Assembly: GCA_041946735.1 (NCBI GenBank)
Contig: JBHGAY010000014.1
Coordinates: 66,733-130,732 of the forward strand
DNA length: 64,000 bases
DNA from: Candidatus Eiseniibacteriota bacterium
Lineage (GTDB): Bacteria; Eisenbacteria; RBG-16-71-46; CAIMUX01; VGJL01
Direction of reading: 5' to 3'
In this document: positions 50,577-62,894 of the stretch, one piece after another
How the letters are laid out: each line of letters opens with the position of its first letter
How positions within the stretch are numbered: position 1 is the first letter of the stretch
The notes under the pieces: generated by a model
Told to the model about the DNA's origin: nothing
Database searches by the model: none
What the model saw: only the letters and a program-made list of their open reading frames with translations
Program-made: the position numbers and the translations under genes

Positions 50577-51187
50577 GCGAGGCGACGCGTCGTCCCGCCT
50601 CCTCCGCGGCATCGGCCGCGGCGCGCGGCGGCAACGGACATGCGGAGGCCCGCAAGCTCTACGGCCTCGCGGTCGAGTTCGACAACGTGGACGGTCTGCT
50701 GTCCGGCTGCGAACGGGTCCGCGACGCCGGCTACCGCCGCTGGGACGCCTACACGCCGTTCCCCGTCCACGGGCTGAACGACGCGATGGGGATCCGTCAC
50801 ACGAAGCTCCCACTGGTCGTGCTGGGCGCCGGCATCGCCGGCGCGGGCCTCGCGCTCCTGATGGAATGGTGGATGAGCGCGGTCAACTATCCGCTCGTGA
50901 TCAGCGGCAAGCCGCTCATGAGCCTCCCCGCATTCATTCCGGTCGTCTTCGAGATGACGATCCTCTTCGCCGCGATCACGACGTTCGTCGGCATGCTCGT
51001 CTTCAACGACCTCCCGCGCTGGAGCCATCCGATCTTCGGCGCGTCGCGCTTCGCCCGGGTCACGACCGACCGGTTCCTGATCTGCATCGAGGCCGGCGAT
51101 CCGCTGTTCGACGAGGCGCGCACCGCGGACCTGCTCGCCTCCCTTGGCGGCTCGCCGATCGAGCGGATCGAAGAGGAGGAGGCGTAG
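50573..51187 (+). CDS. actD: Alternative complex III subunit D (DUF3341)
   Basis: [35 protein letters not shown]. Confidence 0.93.
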   Translation: MSEATRRPASSAASAAARGGNGHAEARKLYGLAVEFDNVDGLLSGCERVRDAGYRRWDAYTPFPVHGLNDAMGIRHTKLPLVVLGAGIAGAGLALLMEWWMSAVNYPLVISGKPLMSLPAFIPVVFEMTILFAAITTFVGMLVFNDLPRWSHPIFGASRFARVTTDRFLICIEAGDPLFDEARTADLLASLGGSPIERIEEEEA

Positions 51188-51189
51188 CG

Positions 51190-51831
51190 ATGCCGCGCTG
51201 GATCCGTCCTTTCACCGTGGTCCTGGTCGTCCTCTCATGGATTCCTCTCGCGCTGATCGCGCGCGAGCGCATGGCCCCGCAGCAGAACACGCGGCTCCAG
51301 GTGATCCCGGACATGGACCAGCAGCCGCGCTACCGGCCGCTCATGGTGAATCCCGCGTTCGCCGACCGGCGCGCGGATCGCCGTGGAGTGGAAGGGACGG
51401 TCCCGCGCGGCGGCGCGCAGACCGACACGCACCTCTACGAGGGACAGGTGAACGGCGCGTGGGCGACGCGATTGCCGATGGCGGTCACCGCCGAAACGAT
51501 GCGGCGCGGGCAGGAGCGCTTCGAGATCTTTTGCGCCCCGTGCCACGGCTATTCGGGACGGGGCGACGGAATCGTCGCGCGGCGCGCCGACGCTCTACAG
51601 GAAGGGACATGGACGCCACCGTCCTCGCTCCACGACCCCACGGTCGTCGCGAGGCCGGTGGGCCAGATCTTCCACACGATCACGCACGGGATCCGGAACA
51701 TGCCGCCCTACGGCCCGCAGATCCCGGTCGAGGACCGCTGGGCGATCGTCGCCTACGTGCGCGCGCTCCAGCGCAGCCAGAACGCGACGATCGAGGACGT
51801 GCCCCCGGAGTTGCGACCGCAGCTTCGCTGA
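51190..51831 (+). CDS. actE: Alternative complex III monoheme cytochrome c subunit E
   Basis: PDMDQQP, GTVPRG, GQERFEIFCAPCHG, ITHGIRNMPPY, DRWAIVAYVRALQ. Confidence 0.92.
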   Translation: MPRWIRPFTVVLVVLSWIPLALIARERMAPQQNTRLQVIPDMDQQPRYRPLMVNPAFADRRADRRGVEGTVPRGGAQTDTHLYEGQVNGAWATRLPMAVTAETMRRGQERFEIFCAPCHGYSGRGDGIVARRADALQEGTWTPPSSLHDPTVVARPVGQIFHTITHGIRNMPPYGPQIPVEDRWAIVAYVRALQRSQNATIEDVPPELRPQLR

Positions 51832-51962
51832 GCCGAGACCGCCGGCAGACAGGCCCAGGCCAGACCAGGCCAGGCCAGACCAGGCCAGGCCACAAGTCCC
51901 GGCAACGACGGCAACGGAGCGCCGGGAAACACCGGAGAGATGGGAGATACGGGAGAACAGCG

Positions 51963-53237
51963 ATGAGCAAGCTCGCCCACGTCGCGATCGACGAGGAGAA
52001 CCGCACGCTCGACGGCGCCGCCGCGGCGATCTTCCGGATGGCGCTTCCCCTCGGCATCCTCCTGCTCGGGATCGGCGCGATCTGGGGACTCGTCATGCGT
52101 CCCGACCCCGCCCGGTTCTTCCACGCCTGGCTCGTCGACTACGCCTTCTTCCTCAGCCTCTCGCTCGGGGCGATCTTTTTCGTCATCCTCCACCATCTGG
52201 TGAGGGCCGGCTGGTCGGTCGTCGTGCGGCGCTTCGCCGAAGCGGTTGCGATGAACCTGCCGGCGCTGATCGTCCTCGCGATTCCGGTCCTGCTCGGCGC
52301 AGGCTCGCTCTACGGCTGGGCGGAGTCGCACGCCGCGCAAGCCGCGCACGCGGGCGCCGCCGCCGCTCAAGCCGGCGCCGCGCAGACGGGCGAGGCCGCG
52401 CACCACGCGCTCTCTCCGTCGAAACAGGCCTGGCTGTCGCCGGCGTTCTTCTCGGTCCGGATCGTCCTGTATCTCGCGATCTGGAGCGGCCTCGCCTACT
52501 GGTTCCACCGCCTCTCCACCGAGCAGGACCGGACGGGGAACTGGAACCTCACGGTGCGCATGGAGCGGGCAAGCGGACCGGCGATGGTCCTCTTCGGCCT
52601 CGCGCTGAACTTCGCGGCGTTCGACCTGCTGATGTCGCTCGATCCGCATTGGTACAGCACGATGTTCGGCGTCTACTACTTCAGCGGCAGCGCGCTCGGC
52701 TTCTTCGCCCTCCTGCCGATCGTCACGGCTCTCGTGCAGCGCAGCGGGCGGCTGACGCGCGCGATCACGCCCGAGCACTACCACGACATGGGGAAGCTCG
52801 TCTTCGCCTTCACGATCTTTTGGGCCTACATCGCCTTCTCGCAGTACATGCTCATCTGGTACGGCAACATCCCCGAGGAGACCGTTTGGTATCTGCGCCG
52901 CCAGACCGGCGGATGGGATGCGATCGGCCTGCTCCTGATCTTCGGGCACTTCGTCGTGCCGTTCCTGGCGCTGCTGCCCCGGTTCGTGAAGCGCCGCTCG
53001 GAGCTGCTCGTCGTTCCCGCCGCCTGGATGCTCGCGATGCACTGGATCGACCTCCACTGGATCGTGATGCCGGAGCTCTCCGGCGCCGGCCCGGCGCCGA
53101 CCCTCCTCGAGGCGATTCTGTTCCTCGGCATGGCCGGCGTGCTGGCCGGCTTGACCGCGCGCCGGCTCGGCAGCCGGTCGCTCGTCCCGGAGCAGGACCC
53201 GCGGCTCACCGAGTCGCTGCAATCGGAAAGCGTGTGA
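51963..53237 (+). CDS. actF: Alternative complex III subunit F
   Basis: AGWSVVVRR, KQAWLSPAFF, DLLMSLDPHWYSTMFG, HYHDMGKL, WAYIAFSQYMLIWYGNIPEET. Confidence 0.94.
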   Translation: MSKLAHVAIDEENRTLDGAAAAIFRMALPLGILLLGIGAIWGLVMRPDPARFFHAWLVDYAFFLSLSLGAIFFVILHHLVRAGWSVVVRRFAEAVAMNLPALIVLAIPVLLGAGSLYGWAESHAAQAAHAGAAAAQAGAAQTGEAAHHALSPSKQAWLSPAFFSVRIVLYLAIWSGLAYWFHRLSTEQDRTGNWNLTVRMERASGPAMVLFGLALNFAAFDLLMSLDPHWYSTMFGVYYFSGSALGFFALLPIVTALVQRSGRLTRAITPEHYHDMGKLVFAFTIFWAYIAFSQYMLIWYGNIPEETVWYLRRQTGGWDAIGLLLIFGHFVVPFLALLPRFVKRRSELLVVPAAWMLAMHWIDLHWIVMPELSGAGPAPTLLEAILFLGMAGVLAGLTARRLGSRSLVPEQDPRLTESLQSESV

Positions 53238-53250
53238 CGGGAGGGATGCA

Positions 53251-53787
53251 GTGAAGCGACAGCCTGACGAGATCGGGACCGAAGCAGCCGGCCACGGCCA
53301 CGACCCGGCGCGCGATCCGGAGAGGACCGCGCCGTCGAGCGAGGATCCGGAAATGACGGCCCCGCACGCGAGAACGGACGATCCGAACGCGCCGATGACG
53401 GCCGCGGTCGGTGTCGTTGGCGCGGTGCTGATCTTTCTCATCATCGTCGGCCTGCAGGCGCTCTTCTATCGCTGGAACGAGAGCGAGACGCGCAGGAAGA
53501 CCTGGGGCGTCGCGCCGGAAGAGCTGGCGCGCGCGACCGCCGACCAGAAGGAGCAGATCCGTTCCTACCGTTGGGTCGACGCGCAGAAGGGAATCGTCAC
53601 GATCCCGATCGACCGGGCGATGGAGCTGGAGGCGCGGGACCTGAATCGTCCAGCGGAACCCGCGACGAGTTCGGTGATGGGCGCGGGCGCGGCGCCGCAA
53701 GCGGCCGCGCCGCAAGCGGCCGTGCCGCAAGCGGCAGCGTCGCAAGCTGCCGCGCCGCGTGAGCCGCGAACGGGAGGCACGCCATGA
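53251..53787 (+). CDS. Single-TM accessory protein, ActG-like
   Basis: One TM; YRWVDAQKGIVTIPIDRAME motif; position between actF and SCO. Confidence 0.7.
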   Translation: MKRQPDEIGTEAAGHGHDPARDPERTAPSSEDPEMTAPHARTDDPNAPMTAAVGVVGAVLIFLIIVGLQALFYRWNESETRRKTWGVAPEELARATADQKEQIRSYRWVDAQKGIVTIPIDRAMELEARDLNRPAEPATSSVMGAGAAPQAAAPQAAVPQAAASQAAAPREPRTGGTP

Positions 53788-54638
53788 CGGCGCGCCGCCT
53801 CCGCGGGGCCGCCGCATTCCTCCTTCTCCTCGCCGCCTGCGCATTTCCCGGACGGGCCTGCGCGCAGCGCGCCGAACCGCTCCCGCAGGAGCTCGAAGGC
53901 GTGGGGATCACCGAGCACCTGAACGACCCGGTGCCTCTCGATCTGCGCTTCCGCGACGAGGAGGGCCGCGACGTGGCTCTCCGCGACTACTTCCATCAGG
54001 GGCGGCCTGTCGTCCTGGCGCTCGTCTACTACGAGTGCCCGATGCTCTGCACGCTCGTCCTGAACGGGATGGTCGAGGCGCTGAAGGAAGTGCCGATGAC
54101 CCCCGGCAAGGAGTACGAGATCGTCGCCGTCAGCTTCAATCCGACCGAGACGCCGGAGCTGGCGGAGATGAAGAAGGAGACCTATCTCGACCAGTACGAG
54201 CTCGAGGGATGGGGGAACGCCTTCCATTTCCTCGTGGGCGACGCCGGTCCGATCCACTCGCTCACGCAGGCGGTCGGATTCGGATATCGCTGGAACGACG
54301 AGACCCAGCAGTTCGCCCACCAGGCCGCCATCTACGTGCTGACGCCCGACGGGCGGATCTCGCGCTATCTCTACGGCGTCCTGTTCGATCCGAAGACGGT
54401 GAGGCTGTCGATCCTCGAGGCGGGAGAAGGGCGCATCGGCAACACGGTCGATCAGGCGATCCTCTACTGCTTCCACTACGACCCCAAGAGCGGCCGCTAC
54501 GTGCCGGCTGCCATGAATCTGATGCGCCTCGGCGGAGTCCTGACGATGCTCGGCCTCGGCGGGACGATCTCCGTTCTCTGGCTGCGAGGCCGGAGGAGGC
54601 ACGCGGCCGACGAGTCGGCGCAGGGAGCGAGCTCGTGA
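53784..54638 (+). CDS. SCO1/SenC copper chaperone
   Basis: YYECPMLC (CxxxC), [22 protein letters not shown]. Confidence 0.93.
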   Translation: MTARRLRGAAAFLLLLAACAFPGRACAQRAEPLPQELEGVGITEHLNDPVPLDLRFRDEEGRDVALRDYFHQGRPVVLALVYYECPMLCTLVLNGMVEALKEVPMTPGKEYEIVAVSFNPTETPELAEMKKETYLDQYELEGWGNAFHFLVGDAGPIHSLTQAVGFGYRWNDETQQFAHQAAIYVLTPDGRISRYLYGVLFDPKTVRLSILEAGEGRIGNTVDQAILYCFHYDPKSGRYVPAAMNLMRLGGVLTMLGLGGTISVLWLRGRRRHAADESAQGASS

Positions 54639-55638
54639 ACCTGATCCTCGGTTTCTTGCGGGGCGCCGGCCGCCTCGTCGACGACGGCTCCAGCTTCTGG
54701 ATGCCGAGCCAGGCGTCAACCGCCGCGCCGGGGGTGGACCGCCTCTTCTACATCGTCTTCTGGATTTCCGTCTTCTTCTTCGCGCTGATCGTCGTCCTCG
54801 GAACGATCTTCGTGCTTCGCTACCGCCGCCGCTCCGCGACGGAGAAGGCCGCGAAAGCCGCGACGCACAACACGCCGCTCGAAGTGACCTGGACGGTCGT
54901 CCCGCTGCTGATCGTCTTCGTCCTCTTCGCTCTCGGCTTCAAGGGGTTCCTCGACATGAGCGTCGCGCCGGCCGATGCCTACGAGGTCCAGGTGACCGCG
55001 CAGCGATGGAAATGGATCTTCACCTATCCGAACGGCCTCGTGGACGAGAACCTGCACGTTCCGGTGAACGTACCGGTCCGCCTCGTGATGGTGTCGGAGG
55101 ACGTGATCCACAGCTTCTTCGTCCCGGAGTTCCGGATGAAGAGGGACGTCGTCCCGGGAAGGTACAACAAGGCGTGGTTCCGGGCCACGAAGCCGGGCGA
55201 GTACCAGCTCTTCTGCGCCGAGTATTGCGGGACGAGCCACTCCGACATGCTCGCCAGCGTGATCGTCCACGAGCCGGGGGGCTTCGAGAAATGGCTCGAG
55301 TCGGCGGCGACCGAGTTGGCGAACGCCTCGCCGGCCGAGGCCGGCGCTCGCCTCTACCGCTCGCGCGGTTGCGCCCAGTGCCACTCGGTCGACGGCAAGG
55401 GGATGGTCGGGCCGACCTTCCGCGGCTTGTACGGGCACGAGGTGGTCCTGAAGGACGGCACGCGCGTCGTCGTCGACGAGAACTACGTGCGCGAGTCGAT
55501 CCTCTCGCCGCAGGCGAAGGTCGTCGCGGGGTTCGATCCGGTCATGCCGACCTACCAGGGCCGCCTGAAGGACCAGGAAATCACGGCGATCATCGCCTAC
55601 TTGAAAACGCTCCAGGACGCCGGAGCGCCGGGAGGGCA

Positions 55639-55642
<4 letters not shown>
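54635..55642 (+). CDS. coxB: Cytochrome c oxidase subunit II with fused cytochrome c (caa3 type)
   Basis: [24 protein letters not shown] (CuA), CAQCH heme c. Confidence 0.96.
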
Positions 55643-57311
<1,669 letters not shown>

Positions 57312-57315
<4 letters not shown>

Positions 57316-58358
57316 CCGCGCGGGAGCGGAAGATGGCGGCGGGAGCCGGCGGGCGCAGCGGCGCCGCGCACGCCGCCCACGAAGCGCACGGAGCCCAGGG
57401 AGCGCACGGCGCGCAGGGAGCGCACGGCGCGCACGGCGCTCATGGCGGGAGCGGTCACGATCCACACCTGGCGCACCATTTCGAGACGCCGCGCCAGCAG
57501 TACGAATCGGTCAAGCTCGGCATGTGGATCTTCCTGGCCACGGAGATCCTCCTGTTCGGCGGGCTCTTCTGCGCGTACGCCGTCTACCGGTCCAACCATC
57601 CCGAGATCTTCATCTACGCCCACCAGTTCCTCGATAAGACGCTCGGCGGGATCAACACCGCCGTCCTGATCTTCTCGAGCTTCACGATGGCCTGGGCGGT
57701 GCGCGCCGCGCAGATGGGGGACCGCCGCAAGCTGATGGGTCTCCTTGCCGTGACGCTCCTCTGCGGCTTCGCCTTCCTTGGGATCAAGGGGGTCGAGTAC
57801 GAGCACAAGTGGAAGCACGGCCTCCTCTGGGGAAAGCGCTACCAGCCGGTGCTCATGCACGAGGGTGGGGAGCGCGGAGAGGCGACGCACGGAGCGACGA
57901 CGGAGGCCGGGAGCGCCGGCGAAGCGCGGACAGAGGAACCCGCGACCCCGCCGGGGGACATGCCGCCGGCAGTGTCCGCCGAGAACGAGGTGCCGACCGC
58001 CGGGACGTCGCAGGCGGGCGTCACGAAGCAGCTCGTCACGGACGAACGCACTCGCCTCCCCGCGGCCGCTGCCGGACCCGAGGGGCTCGCCGAGAAGGTC
58101 CAAGACGCCGAGCCCCACACGCCCGGCAAGCAGCCGAGCAACGTGCAGATCTTCTTCGGGATCTACTTCGTGATGACCGGGCTGCACGGGCTGCACGTGA
58201 TCGCGGGGATGGTCTTGATTAGCTGGATGCTGATCCGCGCGACGCGAGGCGAGTTCTCGAGCGCGTACTTCTCCCCCGTCGACATGACGGGTCTGTACTG
58301 GCACCTGGTCGACCTGATCTGGATCTACCTGTTCCCGTTGCTCTACCTGATCCATTGA
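57312..58358 (+). CDS. coxC: Cytochrome c oxidase subunit III with His-rich N-terminus and large loop insertion
   Basis: [62 protein letters not shown]. Confidence 0.95.
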
Positions 58359-58428
58359 GCGGGCAGGGAGTTCGGCGGGGAAGCGGAAATCGGGCGGGCG
58401 CAGCCGGCCTCGAAAGGGAGACCATCCG

Positions 58429-58872
58429 ATGACGACGAAGCGGGAATCGCACGACGGTCACGGCCTCGCGCACGTGATGCCGCTGAAGCTCCTCGCCGGC
58501 ATCTGGGCCGCTCTGATGGTCCTGACGATCGTGACCGTCGCGGTCACCAAGGTCGACCTGGGCGGCGCGAACCTCTGGATCGCCCTCGCGATCGCCACCG
58601 TCAAGGCATCGCTGGTGGCGCTCTTCTTCATGCACCTCAAGTACGACCGCCCGTTCAACGCGATCGTCTTCTTGACGGCGCTCGCCTTCGTCTCGCTCTT
58701 CGTAGGAATCGCGCTGACCGACAGCCAGCAGTACCAGCCGGAGATGATCCCGGGATACGCGCCGGGCATGCCGCAGCAACCGGCGCCGCAGCCGGAGGCG
58801 CCGGCCTCTGCCGCGCCGGCGAGCGAGGCGCCCGCGACGGAGGCGCCGGCGACCGAGCCGTCGGCCCATTGA
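58429..58872 (+). CDS. coxD: Cytochrome c oxidase subunit IV
   Basis: ALMVLTIVTV, IATVKASLVALFFMHLKYD. Confidence 0.9.
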   Translation: MTTKRESHDGHGLAHVMPLKLLAGIWAALMVLTIVTVAVTKVDLGGANLWIALAIATVKASLVALFFMHLKYDRPFNAIVFLTALAFVSLFVGIALTDSQQYQPEMIPGYAPGMPQQPAPQPEAPASAAPASEAPATEAPATEPSAH

Positions 58873-58891
58873 GACGACGCGTCGCGCGGCG

Positions 58892-59461
58892 ATGAACGAA
58901 TCCCGAAACCGACCGATCCCCGGCGCCGGCCGCCTCGGGATGATCGTTCTTCTCCTCGCGCTCACGATGCTCTTCGGCGCCAGCGTGGTCGGCGCGCTGG
59001 TCCTGCGCCTGCGCGGCGGCGCCTGGAGCCCGGCCGCCGGCGTTCCGGGCCTGCCGTCCGGCCTCTGGGCGAGCACGATCCTGATCCTCGCGAGCAGCGC
59101 GACGATCGAGTGGGCCTTCCGAAGCGCGCGCGGGGGACGGCAGCAGGGCATCCGCCGCGGCCTCGCGTTGAGCTTCCTGCTCGGCCTCGCCTTCCTCGCC
59201 AGCCAGACGGCGAACTGGCTGCGATGGCTGGGAACGGCGGAGTCGCGACCGCAGCTCCTCGTCTTCGCCTTCTTCCTCTGGACGGGGCTGCACGCCGCGC
59301 ACGTCCTCGGCGGATTGATCGCCCTCGGCATCGTCACGCGCCGCGCCCTGCGGGGGCGCTACGGGTCGCTCGCCTACGACGGCGTCGCCTTCACGCGGAT
59401 GTACTGGCACTACCTCGCCGCGGTCTGGCTCGTCCTGTTTGCGCTGCTCGAAGTGCTGTAG
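58892..59461 (+). CDS. Second, diverged cytochrome c oxidase subunit III-like protein
   Basis: LGMIVLL..MLF, STILILASS, TGLHAAHVLGG, MYWHYLAAVWLVLF. Confidence 0.85.
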   Translation: MNESRNRPIPGAGRLGMIVLLLALTMLFGASVVGALVLRLRGGAWSPAAGVPGLPSGLWASTILILASSATIEWAFRSARGGRQQGIRRGLALSFLLGLAFLASQTANWLRWLGTAESRPQLLVFAFFLWTGLHAAHVLGGLIALGIVTRRALRGRYGSLAYDGVAFTRMYWHYLAAVWLVLFALLEVL

Positions 59462-59470
59462 GTCCGCAGG

Positions 59471-60601
59471 TCAGGGACCGCCGGGTCTGGCGGGGTGCGT
59501 GGCGTACCAGGCGAACCAGTAGCAGAGAAACGAGGGAAGGTCCGGCCCGCCGTCGATCGGCGCCACACGCATTGTCGGCGGCTCGGCTCCGATCGTGAAA
59601 CGCACCTGCCTCCCGCCAATCGTGGCGTCCCACGTTCCGGCCGGGGCCGGGCCGGCCTTCTCGCGCACTTCGCGCATCGAGAAGGGACGCCACTCCGTCC
59701 CGAAGCGAACGGCAAGAACGACCTCCTTCCACGGGCGGCCGCCCTCGCGCGCGGGCAGCGGATCGACTGGGAAGCGAAGCAGGTCGGACCCTTCGTAGCT
59801 GCCGTACGGCTCGCGGTCGTACGCCTCCTGAAGCTCGGGCAGCGGCGCAAGAACCGTCGTCGCCGGATGATCCATCCGCCATTCGGCCCACGTCTCATAG
59901 GACGATGGCAGGACGTCAAGACTCTCCCCGACCTGCCGCCCCGCGATCGCTCGCGCGACGAGCGGACTCCAGAGACTCTCCGTCTCGCGGTCGTACATGA
60001 GGAGGCTCGACTGCCAGAGCAGGCCGCTGACGCCGAACCAGCGCGGTCCGGTCGCGGCGGTCGGCACCGTTCCCACGGCGCCGCGGCTGCGATCGAGGAC
60101 GACCGCTGCGCCCGCGAGCGGGCTCCACGTCACCGCGATCGGGCGTCCCGCGAGCGTGTCGTTGACGATCTCGTGCCAGTTCAGCAGCCGGACCGGATAG
60201 GCGCGGGATCGGCCGGCGATCGTGACGCCGACGATCCGGTCGGCGGAAACCAGGAAGCGGCCGCGACGGCGCGCCTCCTCGATCGAATCGACGCCGGCGA
60301 GCGTTACGACGCGGGGCAAGTCGAGGACGCGCACTCCGTCGCGCGGGATTCCGGCGGCGGCGATGGCGCCGGGCGCGGCGCGAGCGTTCGAGAGATCGAA
60401 TCGGTAAGTGGCGGGGTCCTTGCCGTCACCGATCGCGCGGGATGACGAGCCGGAGCCGATCAAGTCCACCATGCGCCACGCGACCGCGCCGAAGACGAGA
60501 AGGACCGCAGCGCCAAGGACCCATCCGCCGCTGCGGAAGGTGAAGCGGCGGCTCGGAGAAGGGGGCACGCTGGCTCCGCTGGACGGTCCGCTCGGAGACA
60601 T
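59471..60601 (-). CDS. DUF3179 family protein
   Basis: PRDG, RAYPVRLLNWHEIVND, FGVSGLL..SSLLMYDRETESLW, W..W...HPATTVL, YWFAWYATHP. Confidence 0.88.
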   Translation of the reverse strand: MSPSGPSSGASVPPSPSRRFTFRSGGWVLGAAVLLVFGAVAWRMVDLIGSGSSSRAIGDGKDPATYRFDLSNARAAPGAIAAAGIPRDGVRVLDLPRVVTLAGVDSIEEARRRGRFLVSADRIVGVTIAGRSRAYPVRLLNWHEIVNDTLAGRPIAVTWSPLAGAAVVLDRSRGAVGTVPTAATGPRWFGVSGLLWQSSLLMYDRETESLWSPLVARAIAGRQVGESLDVLPSSYETWAEWRMDHPATTVLAPLPELQEAYDREPYGSYEGSDLLRFPVDPLPAREGGRPWKEVVLAVRFGTEWRPFSMREVREKAGPAPAGTWDATIGGRQVRFTIGAEPPTMRVAPIDGGPDLPSFLCYWFAWYATHPARPGGP

Positions 60602-61289
60602 TGAAGCGATCTTAGCCGCCCGGGCGGTCCACGGGCCACCGTTTGCAGGGCACTGGCTCGCTGCGGTCGGGCTCCGTCGAGCGAGGCGCAGCCCGCGCGA
60701 CTCTCCGCGCGGCCCACGTCACTCTCCGCCCGGCCGGCTATCTGGGCAGGGCTCCTGCGGGGGCTACCCCCGCTCCATCGAGCGCGAGTTTCGTCGCTGT
60801 CCGCCGCTCGACTTCCCGCGCCCCCTCCCCGCCCTCGCAAGATCGGTGGCTGGTGCCGGACGCCGTCGGAAACGCGATCGCCTCGGATTCTGAGTGAGAG
60901 TCCCTCGGAAAGCGCATCTCCGGCCTCTGCAGAGTGAAATCTCCGCGATGGGGGGGATGCACGCGCGCAGGCCCCGGCGCAGACGATGGCGGAACGTCCG
61001 GGCGTCGCGCCACCGCCGCTGGACCCTGCGCCAACGCTTCGATAAGATCCTCGTCGCCGAGTTGGAAGACCACTCGATCGTGTCCCGCGGCCAGTGTGGC
61101 CAGAGCCTGCCCGATAGGCCGGACAGCTCGCACGCAGCAGCGCGCTCCGAAGATGGAAACGGGCGTCGTACGCCCCTCTTACGTGCATTCGAAGGTTGTT
61201 TGGCACGCACGGTAGGCGCCGGTGAAGATGCCCGGGGCGAAAGATCTCCAGCCCGATTCTCCACCGGTCCGCCTCGAAGGAGCACGGCC

Positions 61290-62756
61290 ATGAGATTCTC
61301 ACACCCTCTGCCTGCTGCTGCCCTCGTCCTTCTCCTTGTCTCCACATCGTACGGAGGTCCGCTATGGCTCGACGACACTCTGATCGCGCCGACCGCGCTC
61401 GGAACAGACCGCGTCGTGGTCGATGTGAAGGAAGACAATACCGCCTGGTATGCGTACATCAGCGGCAACCACGTCCACGACCAGGACGCCTGGTACACAT
61501 CGAGCGATGACGGAGCGACATGGAGCAGTCTCTACAGACAGGAATGGTTGGTCGACGACGTCGCGGTAGGCGGCGCATACGGCTTTGACGTGTTGCTGAA
61601 CGTGTGGCAGCCTTACGGCTCTCTCGTTTGGTGTCGGGTCCTCGATGCAGAAACCGGCGCCGCGCTGTGGCAGTCGTATTTCACGAGCGAGTACCCTCTG
61701 GACGCCCGCGAGATCGTCGTCGACGCCAATACGGAGAGTGGCCCGGCTGAGGTCTTCATCGCCTGCGCGAGCTTCGTCAACGTCGACAACGACCAGGTGA
61801 TGCTCAAGGCGTACCGCTCGACGGATCTGGGAGAGACGTGGGACCGGTCGATCCTCGATCAAGGTCCCACCTACCAGCCCGACTACATTGGAGATATCGA
61901 TCTGCGCTTCGCGTTCAACGGCTATCCGTACTTCCATGTCGTCTACGTCAAGCACGGGCGGATCTGGCATGTGCGGACGACCGATGCCGGAGTCCACTGG
62001 GAGAATGCACAGGAGCTGATCGTCAACGTCCGTCCAACGAGCGAGGTGAGCGTAGCGTTCAACGGCGTCTACGGCTATGCGGTCGGAGAATCCGAAACGG
62101 GGCAGATCGTCTGCTGCTCGTCCAGCGACGCGGGGGCCACCTGGTCGAACGCAGCGTTGGTCGACGGCGCGGAGGCCAGTCCGAGGCTTCCGTCGATCTC
62201 CGACGGATTCGGGCTCCCCACGGTCGTGTATCGCAAGGGGGACGGTCGGCTCGCGGTTCGGTCCCACACGGGCGGCGGTCGCACGGGATGGGGCGACGAG
62301 CAGTACGCAACCTTCGGCACGACGAACAGGCCGATCTCGACTCGAATGTCCAGCTATCCTGATGGGAACGTCGGCGTCGTCTTCGCTCGCCCTGAAGAGG
62401 ACGGGCGCCCCTACTTCGCGTCCCTGCACGGTGAACCAAGCGACGTCGGAGACCCGGCTCTACCGGTCGCGACGGGCCGGTTGACCGCCTGGCCCACTCC
62501 CACCTCCGGAGAGGTCACGATCCTGCTCCCCAGAGGAGCGAACGCATCGGTCGGTTCGAATCTCGCGGAAGCCTCGATCTTCAGTGTGACCGGCAAGCTC
62601 ATCTCCCGACTGGACGCGGGCGCAGCAAGTCAGCCGAGCATCGTGTGCTGGGATGGAAGGGATCTCGACGAAAGGCCCGCAGCGCCTGGAATGTACTACC
62701 TGAGGTTGCGGACGACAGCCGGCTGGCGAACGGCGCCGATCGTCGTCGTCCGATAG
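61290..62756 (+). CDS. Secreted BNR/sialidase-like beta-propeller with FlgD-Ig/T9SS-like CTD
   Basis: AAGGAG RBS; signal peptide; SSDDGATW, RSTDLGETW, TTDAGVHW, SSDAGATW; C-terminal PTP..WDGRD..APGMYYLRL. Confidence 0.82.
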   Translation: MRFSHPLPAAALVLLLVSTSYGGPLWLDDTLIAPTALGTDRVVVDVKEDNTAWYAYISGNHVHDQDAWYTSSDDGATWSSLYRQEWLVDDVAVGGAYGFDVLLNVWQPYGSLVWCRVLDAETGAALWQSYFTSEYPLDAREIVVDANTESGPAEVFIACASFVNVDNDQVMLKAYRSTDLGETWDRSILDQGPTYQPDYIGDIDLRFAFNGYPYFHVVYVKHGRIWHVRTTDAGVHWENAQELIVNVRPTSEVSVAFNGVYGYAVGESETGQIVCCSSSDAGATWSNAALVDGAEASPRLPSISDGFGLPTVVYRKGDGRLAVRSHTGGGRTGWGDEQYATFGTTNRPISTRMSSYPDGNVGVVFARPEEDGRPYFASLHGEPSDVGDPALPVATGRLTAWPTPTSGEVTILLPRGANASVGSNLAEASIFSVTGKLISRLDAGAASQPSIVCWDGRDLDERPAAPGMYYLRLRTTAGWRTAPIVVVR

Positions 62757-62894
62757 ACCGCGACCCGGCTGCAAGTGTTCGTTGGATCGGGCAGGAGGGA
62801 GTCTTGCGGCTCCCTCCTACCGCACCACCGGACATGCGGGACCGCATCCGGCGGTTCCTAGGCGTGCCGAATAGTCAGGCTCAGGAGCCCCCTT

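Noticed and set aside
60602..61289. ORFs or N-terminal extension in the DUF3179 to beta-propeller gap
   Set aside because: No recognisable family; the downstream gene has a good RBS and signal peptide at 61290.
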